A stretch of DNA of 64,000 nucleotides from Camelus ferus (taxonomy: Eukaryota): positions 72,046,001-72,110,000 of the forward strand of contig NC_045697.1 of the NCBI RefSeq assembly GCF_009834535.1. Direction: 5' to 3'. Shown in pieces: positions 12,611-26,884 of the stretch. The notes beneath the pieces were generated by a model, which saw only the letters and a program-made list of their open reading frames with translations, was not told the origin of the DNA and made no database searches. The first letter of the stretch is position 1. The number at the start of each line of letters is the position of its first letter. A program made the position numbers and the translations under genes.

Positions 12611-14330
12611 CTAATTTACTTAAAATATATTAAACTTTCTTCATCAATATTTTATAGTTGAGATATTAAGCAATAGTTGTAGATGTATTTTTATATCTTC
12701 CCCTCAAATCATATTAACAAATGAGCATGCATTCTTTAAACTAGTTTACTAGAAGAAATATAATATATAAAACCATCTCATAAGTTGACAGCCTGGGTTT
12801 TTTTTTAGATCCCAGGCTTTGATTAACAAGCAAACTTGAAGTGTAACTGGCTTTATATATGTCACTCCACCATTCACATCCTAACCATGTTTCCCTGAAG
12901 CAGCTACCCAGTTTGGAACAATGTTAAAGAGGATGAACATCCTGGGAATTGAACAGTCCATCAACCATTCCTGTTAAGAATATGTCTATTTTTAAACTGA
13001 GGTAAATGAAACACCATTGCTTCATAATAGGGATCATCTGTCTAAAGAGCTAACTACTAAAAGCAAAGATGAAGTCCTCAGTTGAAAAATGATGTGGTTT
13101 ACACTGAAGATCTATGTTGTTAAGTATTCATCTTTATCCCTTAAGAACTTCACATAGGTGAAGTTGGGGTTATTTAACTAAGCAAAGGAGCCTGGTTTTC
13201 TTCCTGAAAGACCAGGCACTCAGCAAATACTTCTCATTCCCTTTTCCTGTATCAAAGTATTAAGGAAGAAACTCCCTGATATCAATTTGACAGAAAATAA
13301 ATTTAGCTAAGCTTTTACTCTTTCACAGGTTTAGAAATCGAGATCTTAAGGGGAATATATTACTCTTTTGGTTTCAAGTAAAACATTAAAAAAAAAATCT
13401 TCTAATGCACCAGAACCTTCCGGATACCTTGGCTTCTTAATCAGACTATGACTTTTGATTAATTACATGACCTTTCCAAGTAACTTGTCCTGAGTAACCA
13501 TCACATGCATGTTAAATGAGAGAATTTGATTAGACATTCTAACTTTTCTTTCAAGCCTCAATACAATGATTCTATAATAATAGCTATAAAGCAATGTGAG
13601 CTTGAGTTTTCAAAAAGACAATGGCTATATAAATGGCTTTTTAAAAAATATCATTAACTCTGAAGTTATTTCTTTAGATTCCTTCTTCTTTTTTTCCTTC
13701 TTTCTTTCCTTCTTTCCTTCATGGCAGCCCAGTGGTGGCCATGTCCCACATGAGGGTAAGAGGATGGTCCAGCAGATAAGAAATCAGCCCAGCATAAGTA
13801 AAAATCCAAGTAAGAAGGGTGTCTGAGTGAGTCAGAACCCATGCAAGGAGGGTGTCCAAACGGGGCGGAAACCTCTCTGTATCTCCAAGCATCTTGAAGG
13901 CCCACAAGTAATCATGTCCATAATTAGATCCCCAATACCAAACCCCTGGAGTTGGTACCTTCTTTAATTGAACTGCATGTCTGGGCCAGACTGAAAAACA
14001 GTAACAACCTCACAGTGACAGCTGCTCAGCTGCTCACAGTGACTCACCATTTCATGAGTTCAGCCTCTGTCATGTTTAATCCCCATAAGAGGTAAATCAC
14101 TCAGCGTCTTGGATGGGTATTTGCTTTTGTTTGTTGTGTTTTATTCAGTGCCGGTTTTGTTTTTGCAGAGGTGCACAATGTGGGGAAAAGAGAAAGATGT
14201 TAAGCCGAACTTCTTTCCTTGATTAAGCAGGACTGACAGAACACTGACAGACTCTGAGCTGGGGCCCACATCAGCGTGTTGGCAAACAGCAGGGAAATGT
14301 GTGTGATACTTTGAGCTTTGCAAAACTCAC

Positions 14331-14405
14331 CTGTCACTCTGGCTGTCTTTCTCTGTTCACACATTGTTTTTTCCATTTGGTAAAAAGGAAAATCAACATA
14401 GTCTC
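14331..14405 (-). other. Candidate exon (75 nt)
   Basis: cttgcttctttctttgcttcttgcag|GAGACT...GTGACAG|gtgagt, strong sites at both ends, in unique DNA. Open only in phase 1 (xDYVDFPFYQMEKTMCEQRKTARVT). Confidence 0.45.
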
Positions 14406-15212
14406 CTGCAAGAAGCAAAGAAAGAAGCAAGAGTCTTTATTGAAAGCTTCTGTAGGAAGGTTCAGATTCCAGCTCACTCCCTAGTGTAAATTCCCAGCAT
14501 ATATTTGCAGTACATTCAACAGCCTAAACTGGGGCTCATTACCTGCCTTGCTTTTCTTTAACTATTGATTACTTTTTCTTTCTAGTTTGAAACTGCAATT
14601 CAAGGTTCTCTTCAAAGAAAACATCAGTCAGCACACAGCCTCAGAATGGCCAGAGCTAGGCTGTTAGACAGTGATGGTCAAAGGCCTTTCAGAGATTCGA
14701 TGCACATCATCACTACCGGATGGTTGGGTCACCCCACTGACCCTGAGGTAATCTTGCCTTATTACCATTTCCCTTGAAAGTATGTCCTTTCTTCAAATCA
14801 ACTCTTGCTACATCATAAGACTCTGGCCCACAGGTTTGTGGTCCTCACAGCAGCCTGCTGAGCCCTGGTGCCACGACCCTCAGCTTAGTCTGAACTCCCC
14901 AGTGAAGAGGCTTTTCACGCCAGCCAGTTTCCGCCTCCCTTGGAACCCCATGAAAGTCGCCCTTGGCCTACCCTTTAGAAGCTGGATGTGGGGCCACAGT
15001 TTCCACTTAAGTATGTTTCTTCCTAAAACCCCCGAATATTTAGGCCTCCTCTTAAATCTATGTCCAAAGTAAAACAGAAAATAGAAACTTATTGTCCCTT
15101 AAATAAAAGAAAACTAAATGATCCAGAGCTGAACATCTTTTTCAAGATCAGTTAACCACCGGATACTGTACCAACATGTACATTTTATTAAGACCATCCC
15201 TGTGTCACAAAT

Positions 15213-15230
15213 ACACACACACACACACAC
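15213..15230. repeat. (CA)n microsatellite
   Basis: Run of CA repeats seen directly. Confidence 0.85.
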
Positions 15231-17180
15231 GCATACCTTGGAGATGGAAATAATTTTGATATGGGCATCGTTTTGTCATTGAGGTCAAGGGCAAGGGAAC
15301 TAACAGTTGAAAAACACCTACTGTGCACCTACTTTACAAATGGCACACATTCTTCAGTCCTCGCGACAGCCCTGGGAGACGGAGCGGCATTGTCAAGGCC
15401 AGCCCAGGGAAACAGGCTGCCGAGCCTAACAAATCTGCTTTGAATCCTGTTTTGCACCCTTCCCAGATGCAAATTTTAACTCCAGTACTTTGCTCGTAGC
15501 TACTGGTGAATTCATTTCCCTGGAGTCCCTCAAATCACTTCTGTATTGCCTGTGTCTTAAGACTATCACCAGACATGGATACAGACAAACATTGCCCATT
15601 GAACAAAATATCACTCTGATAAAAAGAATGAATCTATATCTACCAGAGGGGTAGGGCAGGGAGAAAAAGCCTCTAAGTCACTGCTAAGCATTACAGATCA
15701 TCCTTTAATAAAAGAGCATTTACTCAGAGTCTTCAGCTCAAAAACCTTTTCTGTCCTTTTATAAATTCGTTCATTCTTCTCTTTAGGTGTTTCTTTATTT
15801 TTTTTTTCCTTCAGCCATTTCTGTTTTGAGAAATGCAATAGATGTTTACTAAAAAGACCTGGACCGTATTCAGAACTTGTGCAAGCCTCAAAATACTTAG
15901 TGTATTCAGTATGTGGAGCTTCCACGATTGCTTAATTGCCACACCCTTTTCAAATTCCTCGGAGACCTGCGAATCTGAAACCAATCAGAGATGGTTAATT
16001 TATTTCGTTCAGTCCCAAGCGCCAGAAAAAATTTTTTTTCCTTCTTGGAAAATTCAAGCTCTCTAGACTCTCAGCCAGGTCAGCACAGTAACCAACACCC
16101 CAGACACACATGCTTTCCGGGCGTCCATGGCCTGCCCACCTGCTTTACCAGACGGCCTCCTGCCCCCTCCCCTGCTTCCCAGAAGTCTGTGCATCAACTA
16201 TGACATCTGTCCCCCCACAGCACGAAAAGCAACACTTACTGTAAAAGATAACAGAGGCCTGATTTTACTCAGCAGGAAATGAACATGTAAGATTCATGGA
16301 TTTTGGAGCTGGATCCCGATTTGGGGACAGATGTGGCAATACAACCACAGAGAATGACACAAATGCCACCTCTCCTCACAGTTCTCAATACTCTTCCCTC
16401 CCCCACACCCCCTCCTTTCTCCCTTGCACCCACAGCCCCGCACTTCCTGGCCATGCAGAGGAAGGAGGTGAATCAGGAAAGCAGTTCTGCCTGAAGTCTC
16501 AGATTGGCCCAGAGAGCAGTAAGAATCACAGAGGCGAAATGAGCTGCCCAAGGTCAGATAAGGAAGTAGTTGCCGAATCAAGGTTTAAACCCTGATCAGT
16601 CTTACTTCAAATCTTACGCTCTTTTCATAGGACATTGGTAAGAAGTGGGGAGAGAAAGAAGGAAAGGACAAGAAGTCTGCTCTGTGTCTGAACACACCGG
16701 ACCATGTAGGAACTTTGGTTAGAGAAGGAAGGGCTGATTACTTGCAAGACTTCAGCAAATTATCTATGCTCTTTTTATATTTTACCTGTATTAGGCTTGG
16801 GCCCTGGGGTGGAAAAACTTTACCCATCCACCAGTCAGTAATAATGATAAGGAAAAATAATAGCTCACAGCAGAGGTGATATTTAGTCTGAGTCTTAAAA
16901 ATGAGTCAAAATTTACCAGGCAGTTGGGGAAAGGATGTTTTAGACATAGCACCTTTGGTTGGCAAAGCACTTTCTGGATATTATTGTATTTAGTATGAAG
17001 AAAAGGAAAAGAAAAGAAAAATCCAGTTGTGAGATAGGAGGATCTGTTATTATTATCCCCATTTTAAAGATCAGGAAACTGAGGACTGGGTAGGATGAGC
17101 TGGCACACTTCACATTCTCACCACACATTCAGGCAGTCGTGTCCATGGAACATACTGGAAAGGAAGACTCGTTTTTGTAG

Positions 17181-17492
17181 TGTTAAAAATGATGAAAGAA
17201 GACAATTTAGGTGATACAAACAAACTAACACTTCAGGAAGCAGACAGTCTTCATTCCCAAGAGAACTGCAAAATGGGGTGGAAGACAAGAAACTTTTATA
17301 GGATAAAGAAACAAGGTGATAAGTCTAGAGCCCAGAATTAGCTTGGCGTTTGGAGACTGGCTGACTGGATATTCAGTGTTTCCGGTCAAGCAGAGGGTTT
17401 ACAGGGAAAGGAAGGTTTTCCAAGTTTTTGTGTCTGACTTGGCACCTCAGGCAGGAGAAGTTCCATCTTGAGTCCAGAAATTGATTTCAACA
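17181..17492 (-). mobile_element. ERV1-class solo LTR
   Basis: TG...CA termini (tgttaaaa...atttcaaca). Minus-strand start tgttgaaatcaatttctggactcaagatggaac is typical of MER-type ERV1 LTRs. Confidence 0.6.
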
Positions 17493-17770
17493 ATGAGGTC
17501 ATCTGGGTGGATGCCTTAATTTAATAGGACTGGTGTCCTTATAAGAGGAGAGAGAAAGACATTAGGGTTTCAAGGCACAGAGTAAAGGCTATATAAAGAC
17601 ACAACAAGCGTGAGTCCATCTACAAGCCAGGAAGGGAGGTCTCACCAGAAACCAGCCCTGATAGCACCCTGATTTTGGACTCCCAGCATCTATAACTGTG
17701 AGCAAATAAATGTTGTTTAAGCCACCCAGTCTGTGGCATTCTGCTATGCCAGCCCGAGTAGACTAGTACC
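17493..17770 (+). mobile_element. MLT1 (MaLR) LTR, 3' part
   Basis: atgaggtcat...gactggtgtccttataagagg...caagccaggaagggaggtctcaccagaaacc...aaataaatgttgtttaagccacccagtctgtggc. Confidence 0.9.
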
Positions 17771-18059
17771 CTGTCAAACAGTAACCAGAGCCAGCCTAAG
17801 ATACGAAGCATCAGACAATTACAGACACACGATCCAAGGAGAAATCCGAGGACAAGCAGTGATTGCCCTTGGCTCTGCACCTGAGGTGGGCATTATCCCT
17901 AGAGTTTATACCATAACTTTGGAAGACAACTGGAGAGGGAAGTTGAGTGTATATACTTGTATATACTGAGCTCCCACAAGGAGCTCAATATGAGGAATCC
18001 AGGGTATAACTGGACGAGGTGTACATGGAAGCAAATAAATGTGACACCATAGGAGGGGG

Positions 18060-18330
18060 GACTGCAATGAAGGCAGAGTGGATAGAACATGGGATTGGAA
18101 TCCAGTTAATCTGTCTTTGAGTTCCAGCTCTACTGTTTACTCTAACGTTATGACGTGTGGCAGACTACCCAGCCTCTCTCACTAAGTTTAGATTTTTCTC
18201 ATCTATAAAATGAGTTTAATACACACACCCTGCAAGGCTATTCAGAGAGTAAATGAGCTATTTTATGTCAAGCAAATTTAAGGTACTTGACACAGAGTAG
18301 ATACTCAATAGAGTCTGCATATTGTCATAA
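18060..18330 (+). mobile_element. MIR SINE
   Basis: gagtggatagaacatggg...gttccagctctactgtttact...ttttctcatctataaaatgag...cacagagtagatactcaata. Confidence 0.8.
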
Positions 18331-19637
18331 TTTTAATGATGTAGAAGGTCTACTGAAGGAAATCATGAAAGGATTATCACCTCTACATGGAAATATCAAG
18401 GAAGACTTCCAAGAGAGAGTAAGATTTCATCTGAGTCTTGAAAAATTAGTAGGAGTCCACCTTGGCTCATGGAGAAATGTATTTGAAAATGCAGTTCAAG
18501 TACAGGTAAAGGTAAGAAGGAGTTTGAAAAGTTTATAGCAAGGTTAGGGACTGTATTTAGTTCAGCATGGTTGGCCCAGAGGTTGAGGGACTAAGGAATT
18601 AGGACACAGTACAAATTGTGTATGACGGAGACACAAAGTAGCAGCGACAAATCTGATAGTTCATTCCTCTTTCACATAAGTCTGACCAGGTATGGGACCT
18701 CTACTCTGTGGAATCATCAAGGCTTCTAGGTCATAGTGAGTTCTATCTTGATCAATAGTATTTCTGAAGAGGTTGGCTATGCTCAATGCACCACAAAGCA
18801 TCTGCCACTAACACTGGTTCTGTCTAAATGGGCTGCTCTCAGCGAGACAGGAACTGGACTCTGAGCGGCACACTCAGCAGTCTGCCCCGTGTGTTCTCCA
18901 GCCTCATGCTTTCTGTGAGGAGGGGAGGATTTTATCTCATTTGGACTTGACTGAGAAGAGTAATTTCCAGATTAGGTGTCTGAGCAGAAATGGATTCCCC
19001 AGTGGAGAGAAACACAATACCGTACTGCCTCAGTGAGCCTCTCCAATGTCCTTCCTCAGGTCAGGAGTTTATGGTGTGACAGTGTCATATCCACTTTATG
19101 GGAGCTCCAATTATCATTTTAAATATATAAAATACGTTAAGATAGTTAATTAATTTATAAAATGACCTGTCTAAACTAAGAAAAGCTGATATTTAAAAGT
19201 CAGGTTTTTCAAAGTCCAAGAAGGATTTTGCCCATTAAAAGATGAATTAGAATTCATCAAATAAAATCAAGAACCCAAAAGCTATAAAGCTAAATATAGC
19301 AACAGCTAAATTCATTATTTCTCAAAGAAAAAGACCCCAGAAGTCTCTAAGTTGGGACAGAAAGTCAATTAATAAATGATAGAATTGTCCTAATTTAATT
19401 GCAATAGAGAATATCACCTAATGATACTGATGTAGGTGACTGAGCCCAACGGTAATACATTCATTAATTAAAGAAATGTGTCACGTAGCAGTCAAGATGC
19501 TGTGCCCTGTGGTAGGTGCCCTGAGGGATACAAGGTTTTTCTTAGAAGTATGTGACTGTATTTTCTTCCGTGTGTCAACGAAATTCTGTTTTTTTAATTA
19601 CAGAACTTAACATACCATAGGCCTATCTGCCTAACTC

Positions 19638-19790
19638 AGAGGCTCTCAATCTGTTTGCCCCCTGGAATCACCTTAAAAGCTCTAAAAATGTACGTCAACA
19701 CCCAGGTCACATAATGAAAACAGACTTCAAGAAAGTGGAGCCCTGGAACCCAGGGGACTCTTACGTGCAGGCCTGGTCAGGAACCACAGC
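19638..19790. mobile_element. MER5A-like hAT MITE
   Basis: cagaggctctcaatct...tggaatcacct...caggggactcttacgtgcag...gaaccacag. Confidence 0.6.
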
Positions 19791-21219
19791 CCCAGTCAAA
19801 CTGTCCTCTTTCTCACTGTTCCTGACACATACTTAGAGTTTTGGTAAATGGATAGATGGATGGATGGACAAACAGATGGATGAAAAGCTAGTGTTTCCTG
19901 CCCTGAAAGTACTTATTATTAAGTAAGAAAAACACAACTCATACACAGATAGTTGTGTAAATACAAGTCAGTAGATGTTGCATGATTGCCACTGTATTTC
20001 ACAACGGAGATTCTGATCTGAAAGAAAGCCTAGTTAAATGCACATAATGGAGCACTTTCCTTTATGAACCAAACAGGAAAGGCTTCAATTACACTGCTGA
20101 TTAACACTCAATTTTTAAAAAGAAGGAAGGAGTCACCCCACAGATTGTATCGCATAGAGGGGACAAAAATGAAAATGCTATCAACAAAGAGAGAGTGAAA
20201 AGACTAACTCTTGGAAGTGAATTTCAGGGCTCCCTTTTAAGCCCTGTTCCCATATCACTTTCTCTAGGGCAGAGTAAGTGTTTGGTTTGATTTGGTTTTA
20301 TGGTGATTTTTCTTCCCATTATGATTATTTCCAGGTCACCTGGCCACTGTACTCTCTTCTAATCTACAAGCAGTGCTTTCATTCAGCCAGATAATCCAGG
20401 ATGTCGATATTAATCTTCCCAGGGCAGTCAGCCAGCATCGTTCTGAACTAACTCCACCACACCCGATTAAGTGTCACTTAGCATCTAAACTGAGTCCAGA
20501 TACTTTGATACCAAACACTACTCACAAGGGACTGTGCAAATTAAATGACTCATCTCAAACAATTGAAGCATTTATAATTAATATACTTCCCGATGGAAAC
20601 TAAATGAACAAATAAACTATGGAAACAAATGCCATTTGGGCAAAAGTCTTCTCTTGGAATTGGCTTGTGCATCTATGTTTGATGAAGAAAGAGAAAATTC
20701 TTACTGCTTTCTTGGGGAGGACTTTTTAGAACAATCTGAAATATTCTTCAGCATAAAACTGCATAACATGCCAACTCAAAAACATCTCTAATGCAATAAA
20801 AAAACAAACGTGGTATTCAACCAAATGCATCAGGCTTTCTGTGCCTCAGGCACAGAAATGGAAAAAAGTAATTTAAAGTTAAAACTAGAGTGCAATTATT
20901 CCCAAGAGGCAGATGATGTCTCCCGTGATTCTTAACTTTTGGAAAGTGGTGTTCCAAGTTTCTAGAGTCCTCTTTTTCTCAGGAGTGAGACCAACCCAGG
21001 AAGTGTTCTAACTCCATTCTGACTCCCGACTTGCAAGAACCAAGATGGAGGGCCGAAAACTGCACCGGATATCACTTTGGTGCAACCATCAGTGGCAACA
21101 TCCTAAGCATCAGAACCAGCAGCTGATCCTTGTTACATCCTCGTCATCACATGCGCCCACACTTGTCCCAGACGCTCACAGAACTTTGGTCAACCAGGAA
21201 GCAACCCTACTCGTCTATT

Positions 21220-22290
21220 TGATCTTTCCTCCCTGCCAAGAGGCTAATCTTTGCTGCTTCTCCTCCTTATTCGCTGATTCCACAATCTTTGTTGACTTTT
21301 CTCCTTCTTTCTCGAATATTTTTTTTAACTTTCTGTCCATTTGCCTCTCTTCTGGCCTCTAGAAATGAGTCTCCAGCCCATCTTCTCTCCCTCGGTAGAT
21401 TCAAATCAAAGTCTCCCGTGCATTTTCACTTGAATATCCAAGTATCCAAAACAAAACTTGGTGTTCTCTTACTCACAAAAATCTGCTCCTCGTCCCTCTT
21501 CTTCTGTCTTAGATCGATGATCTTACCATTCGTCAAGTGTTCTGTGCTAGTGAGTCACTGGGGTTTCTTGATTCCACCTTGAAACTCTATTGTGAAATTA
21601 ACCTCTGCTCGTTGTCCCCTCTTTTGACCTCTTCACTCAGGCTTTCACACATTCTAATCAAGGATAATGCCTAGTCTCCTAACCGATCTTCTTGCTATTT
21701 GTTTTTTCCCCACCCTGTGACCATCCAGCGTGGTTTACCTTCTTAGAGAAGAACAGATCTGATTTGTCACCATCCTGCTTCTAAATTTTTGCTGATTCTC
21801 CTTTCCTACAGGATTAAGTTCAGACTTCATCAGAAGGGCCATACAAGGCACTTCCCAATATGACCCCAATCTGTTTCTCTAGCTTCACTCTCTGATATGC
21901 CTCACCACACTCCAGATGAACTTCTCTGTCTCCCAACTTGACCGTGCTCTGCCTATTTTTGGCCTGTGTTACATCCTCTGCCTGAAGTGTCCGGTCGTCC
22001 ACCACTCCACCTCCACCCCAACCTGGAAAACTTCTAATTTTTCATTAGAAAAGAATAATAGATCAAATGTCACCTGGCCAGAAAGGCTCCCCTGACTTTC
22101 TCAGGGTCTAACCCCACATTTGACCAGGCCAGACACATAATTCCGAGAGTCTAGGAGGCATCCTACAGAAGTAAGCTCCTTGCAACAGACAGGAACTGTA
22201 TGTAACTGGCTTACCACTGTATCTCCAGCATCTAGCATTTTTCCCAGCATAGAGTCACTTTTCAACTTACATGTTTTAATGAATGAATCT
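21220..22290 (+). mobile_element. L2 LINE 3' ~1 kb
   Basis: Collinear L2 motifs ending gtaagctccttgc...cactgtatctccagcatctagca...aatgaatgaa. Confidence 0.8.
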
Positions 22291-22386
22291 CTTACCCTCA
22301 GGCTTTAGAGGTTAGACACAAAAAACAGGATTGAGACAAAATATTGTGGAAAGGGGTAATGTCAGGGAAAAAGAAGAAATCCAAGT

Positions 22387-22508
22387 TAATAGCCTATAAT
22401 GAAAAAGAATATGAAAAGGAATGTATATATATATAACTAAATCACTATGCTGTACACCAGAAATTGACACAATATTGTATATCAACTATACTTCAATTAA
22501 AAAAAAAG
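22387..22508 (+). mobile_element. Young L1 3' tail (~120 bp) with TSD
   Basis: cctataatgaaaaagaatatgaaaaggaa...ctatgctgtacaccagaaattgacaca...poly(A). TSD aatccaagt at 22378-22386 and 22509-22517. Confidence 0.9.
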
Positions 22509-23408
22509 AATCCAAGTCAGTCATGAAAGCAAAAAATCAAGGCAGAGGAAAACACTGGGTTTGAAGTCTATCAAAGAGACATCCTAAAAGGCCAGAGAAG
22601 AGATAAGGTTCAAAAGCTCAGGTGTGGGCAGAGAGGAGGGGTTATAGGTGCTTGTCAGCGTGAACGCCCAGGCACACAGATCTCCCTCTAGGGTCACGTG
22701 ATTCATTTCCAGGTAATGACTTCTGCTGCAATTTATCTGTTCACATGCCAGAAACACCCACCAGACTGTGTGCTCTTTGAAGGCAGCCCCCCTACCTTAT
22801 TCATTTTTATATCTGAGTACCTGGTACCATGGCCACCACTTAGTCATGGTTTTACTATAAATTTTTGCTGCATTATAAAACCTTAGGTATAAGAAATGAT
22901 TGTGCAGGGCCTGAGTTTCGCTGTTGGAACCACTAATGAAGACGGACCTGGAGATGGAGAATCCAACAGTATTATCATGTTGGGTGGGATCATGGAAGTC
23001 CAAATCATGTGCCACCTGAGAAGCTGACTTATACTTTATTTTTAGGGCAATGACCCTAAACTTTGTGATGCAGGCTTATTTATACCTCAGTCTCAGTAAA
23101 GTTTTCACCTTTAGGAGAGCTGATTCACAGCTCAAGCTAAATAAAGTACATAATAAAGAATTCTTGCCATGATTTAGTCAAGGTCTTCTCTGACAGGCTG
23201 ACGTCGGCACTTACAATCTCTGTTGGCACTTACAATCTTTAAGAATGTGGCCCTGCCTGGTTAGGCTCAGAATACAGTCAGCCCTATTTTTAAAAGAGCA
23301 ACTTTTAAAGGAGCAAAACAAATTATTAGCCTATTAGCCATATTCTACTTTGATACAAAGCAAGCATGAGCTTCTCAGATAAATATTTCACAGGAGAACT
23401 CTTAGGGA

Positions 23409-23808
23409 GTGGCCACAAATGTGCACTCATCTTCCCATCAAGAGGCAAGCCCATGTGCCCATCCCCTGGATGTGGGTGGGCTTGTGACTCCTCCCACCAG
23501 TAGGGTACTGAGGGGTCAGTACCATGTGATTTCTAAGTTGAGGTCATAAGAAGCCATGCAGCGTCTGCCTCGCTCATTCTTGGAGTGACCTGAGTCACCA
23601 GGAGAAGTCTGACTACCCTGAGCCCGCCATGCTGGAGCAGGCTCAGACCCACGGTCCGCCAACAATCCCTGCTGAGCTGGTTCTTCAGCCATCTCCACCG
23701 AGGAGAGATGTGTGAGGAAGAGGCCGTCTTGGAAGTAGAGACCTCCAGCCCCAGTCATTCAAGTCCTCCTCAGCCATTTGAGTCATCCTAGCTGAGTTCC
23801 CAGAGCCA
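23409..23808 (+). mobile_element. MLT1H/G-like MaLR LTR
   Basis: gtggccacaaat...cccatcaagagg...aggtcataagaagccatgcagc...agtctgactaccctgag...gccatgctggag. Confidence 0.8.
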
Positions 23809-26800
23809 TCTCTGTTGGTGCTCTTTGATGTTTCTTGTCACACTTCATTTCATAACCCAGACAGCAACTACTTGGTGTCCCTAAGGAAAAGGAGATTCCA
23901 AGTCAGGTCCGTGGAGAGAATGGTGCAGCTGAATTCAGGACCCATGGGATTTCATATGTACCAGTCGTTTCGTGAATGAATGAGCAAGTAGACTGTGTGA
24001 CAGGATATCCACCAGGTTGTCAACATTCGTTGTTCTGAGAACCCAGAAGATGGGGAGGTGGCCGGGAGATGAGGTGAAAAAATATATTGATCATTGGCTT
24101 TTTTCTTTATCTTTATACTATTTCACTCTCACTAAGTTCATGTCACCTTTGCAGTTTTTGAAGAGAAATTAAGGGGGGAAAGTTGTTGTTGCTGTTTTTT
24201 TTTAAGCCTTAGAACATGCCACTTTCTTTTTCCTTCTTCCACTTCCCTACCCTCCCACAGTGATGTCTGCTGATCTACTCCTAGGAGTTTGTATGCTATG
24301 GCAGGTGAGTTAAATTAGAAACGTTAAAAAAAAAAAAAAAAAAAGACGGTGTAAGGTCATTGGTAGAGGGGAAGAGTCATTTTATGCAACCGAATGTGAT
24401 TCATTATACACAAGTTCAGTCACTGAGAGCACCTCTAAAACATAAGGTTTTGGAGCATAGCTCAAAGCCTCTGAGTACTTCTTTTAATTATGCACCTCTC
24501 TTGGGTAGTTGTGTGGAAAATCCAAACATTTACAGTTTGTTAATTTGTAGACAAATACCCAGTTAACAGCAGTCTCATAAGACTATTAGAAATTGAAAGA
24601 AACCAAGCTCAACTTTATAACCTGAGTATAATTCCCCTTGCCAAAAAACAAAAACAAACAAAGAAACTAAAAAGAGAAATATTCAGTACTAGTACTGGGC
24701 TCAATACACAGTATTCCTACCATGTAATAGAAAGAGTTCATTTAAGGTCAATTATCTCTAAACATAAATTCATATTCCTGGCAGATGTCCTCCAAGGTTT
24801 CATTGGTTTATATCCAACAACCTTAGACAGCATCTCAATCATTTTTATTAGTATGGGGTACATTTCACAAGTGATTTTCCCCAGAAGGGTCACTAGGAAA
24901 CTCTCAAAGTCAGACATTTCACAGAAGGATTTCTGAGATTTTTCTGTGGGTAATTCTGCTTTGAAATTTTTCCAGGCAAAAATTGTCAAAGCCGTGGTCT
25001 ACAGTGTAGAACTTTGGAACCTTGTTTATTGATTTGCCCTTATCCTGGAGCAGACTCAGAATTGTTTTCTGAGAAAAATCTTTACACTGTCTACAGTGCT
25101 CCCAGGCCTCCTCTGTGCAGGGGTAGGCCCGTGCCAAATCAAGACAAAGTCTAAGCTGGGCACCTTGATTTTCCTAAGGTGACATTCCCTTTTACCTCTC
25201 TGCTCAGTTGATTTTTTAAATCTGTTATTTTTGAAGTATATGAGTTTTAAAAATACATGTACTTCAATCAGTAACACCAAATAATTACTCTAAGACATTT
25301 GTCAACTAGCAAAATACGCATCATTGGTCAACTTTGATCCAAAGTCAAAGTGCAAGAAATAATATTCATGAAGGACTAATTAAACGGTATAATGTTTACC
25401 CAACCCAATAAATAATTTTTTTAATTTATCCCTGGACCAATCCAGACATGAAGAAAGCATATTTCATTGTTTTGGGTTTTTGTACTACCCACTTACAGAG
25501 AACTGCATTTAGTACATTCACTTTGGCCTTATGCTCTCCACTCACACTGAAGGGCACGCTGGCCAAGACCACTGAGCTTAGCCAGCCATTTATGCCTCAG
25601 CCTGGGTTAACCTCTGGAGCGTAGGGTAACAGCAGCTCACAGCTGCGTTCCATTTAAGCCTTTCACATCACTTAAACTTAGATTCTCTTATTTGATTCTC
25701 ATACTAACCCTGTTAGATAATTAAGGTAAAGATTGTTATCCCATTTTTCAGGTGGAAAAACTGCTATATGTGGTAACTAAATCCCGGAAACCAAAGGAAA
25801 GGAGCAAGTTAAGCAATCGAGTTAAAGAAGCAGAACACATATAAGAATATTTATTGAGCAGCTTTCATGGTTACAGTTTTCCTGCCTTTCTGTTTGAGCT
25901 TAAAGGCAGCCTAAATCTTAGCCAAAGGTAAAAGGGTCATTTGCTGCCTGGAAAAGGTTAGCTCCCTGTCTAATAATAGATAACAGAAAAGCCTGCTTTT
26001 CCTCATCTATAAATTATGTTGAACTACTTGATCAGAGGTCATGACCTGGCAGGATAATAAACAGATTCAGGACAAATTTCATCTGACCTACAGAATCTTG
26101 GCTCACAGAAAATTCCACATTAACAAAGTCTGAAATGTCCAGCTTCTCCTGAAATCAGAAAAACTGGCTGCCCTTGACACAAGTTTGTGCATCGTAGTAA
26201 TCAATTGGACCTAAGTCAAGGCTTCCCTCTTTTTGCCAAAGCACATACGTCTCCATTTCCCATGGCCCGTACCGCTCCCTGTTACTTACACCTAAGATGC
26301 TTTATTTTCCTGCACTGTTGCTTGTGTCCTGTAGGTATTTGGCGTGGTGACCTCTGTTTAATATCACCCATTCTAGCTCATCCATCCATTCACTAATTCA
26401 TTTCATTGAACAAGCATTTATTAAACAACGTTTATACATGCAATATTATGCAAGGTACTTAAAAGGATAATGAAAACAAAGCCCAGGAGTACCACGATCT
26501 CATCCCTTGGTGGGGACGCATGTACATGAACAGATTATTACTACCTGGTTGCCTTGAGACTCAGTCTTTGGACCTGTTCTCCTTCTTTGTTCATCCCCTT
26601 GATACTCTCCCTCAGCCTCATGGCTTTAATACCATCTCTATGCTGATGTGCATCCCTAGTTTGGCCCTGAATTCCAGTCTCTTCTAGCTAAATGCCTGAT
26701 CAATAACTTCACTTGCAAATTTAATAGTCATTCAAACTCCGTATGTCCAAAACCAGATCATGATTTTAGCCCCAAAACCTCGGTCTCAAGGAGTGACAGT

Positions 26801-26884
26801 CCCATTCTTCTCGTTGCTGAGGCCAAAACCTCAAGTCATCTTCATTTCCTCCCCTTCTCATCCATTCCAGCAGTAAATCATGTT

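Noticed and set aside
16230..16260. Apparent recursive splice site (ttttacagtaagt, minus strand)
   Set aside because: The AG and GT share one G, so it is not an AG|GT junction.
24261..24304. Plus-strand 44-nt exon candidate with a strong acceptor and GTGAGT donor
   Set aside because: Isolated, with no plus-strand partner or coding signal. It shows that good splice pairs arise by chance, so the minus-strand candidates are also kept at low confidence.
24738..25137. Overlapping minus-strand ORFs as a possible processed pseudogene
   Set aside because: No recognisable protein similarity, poly(A) tail or TSD.
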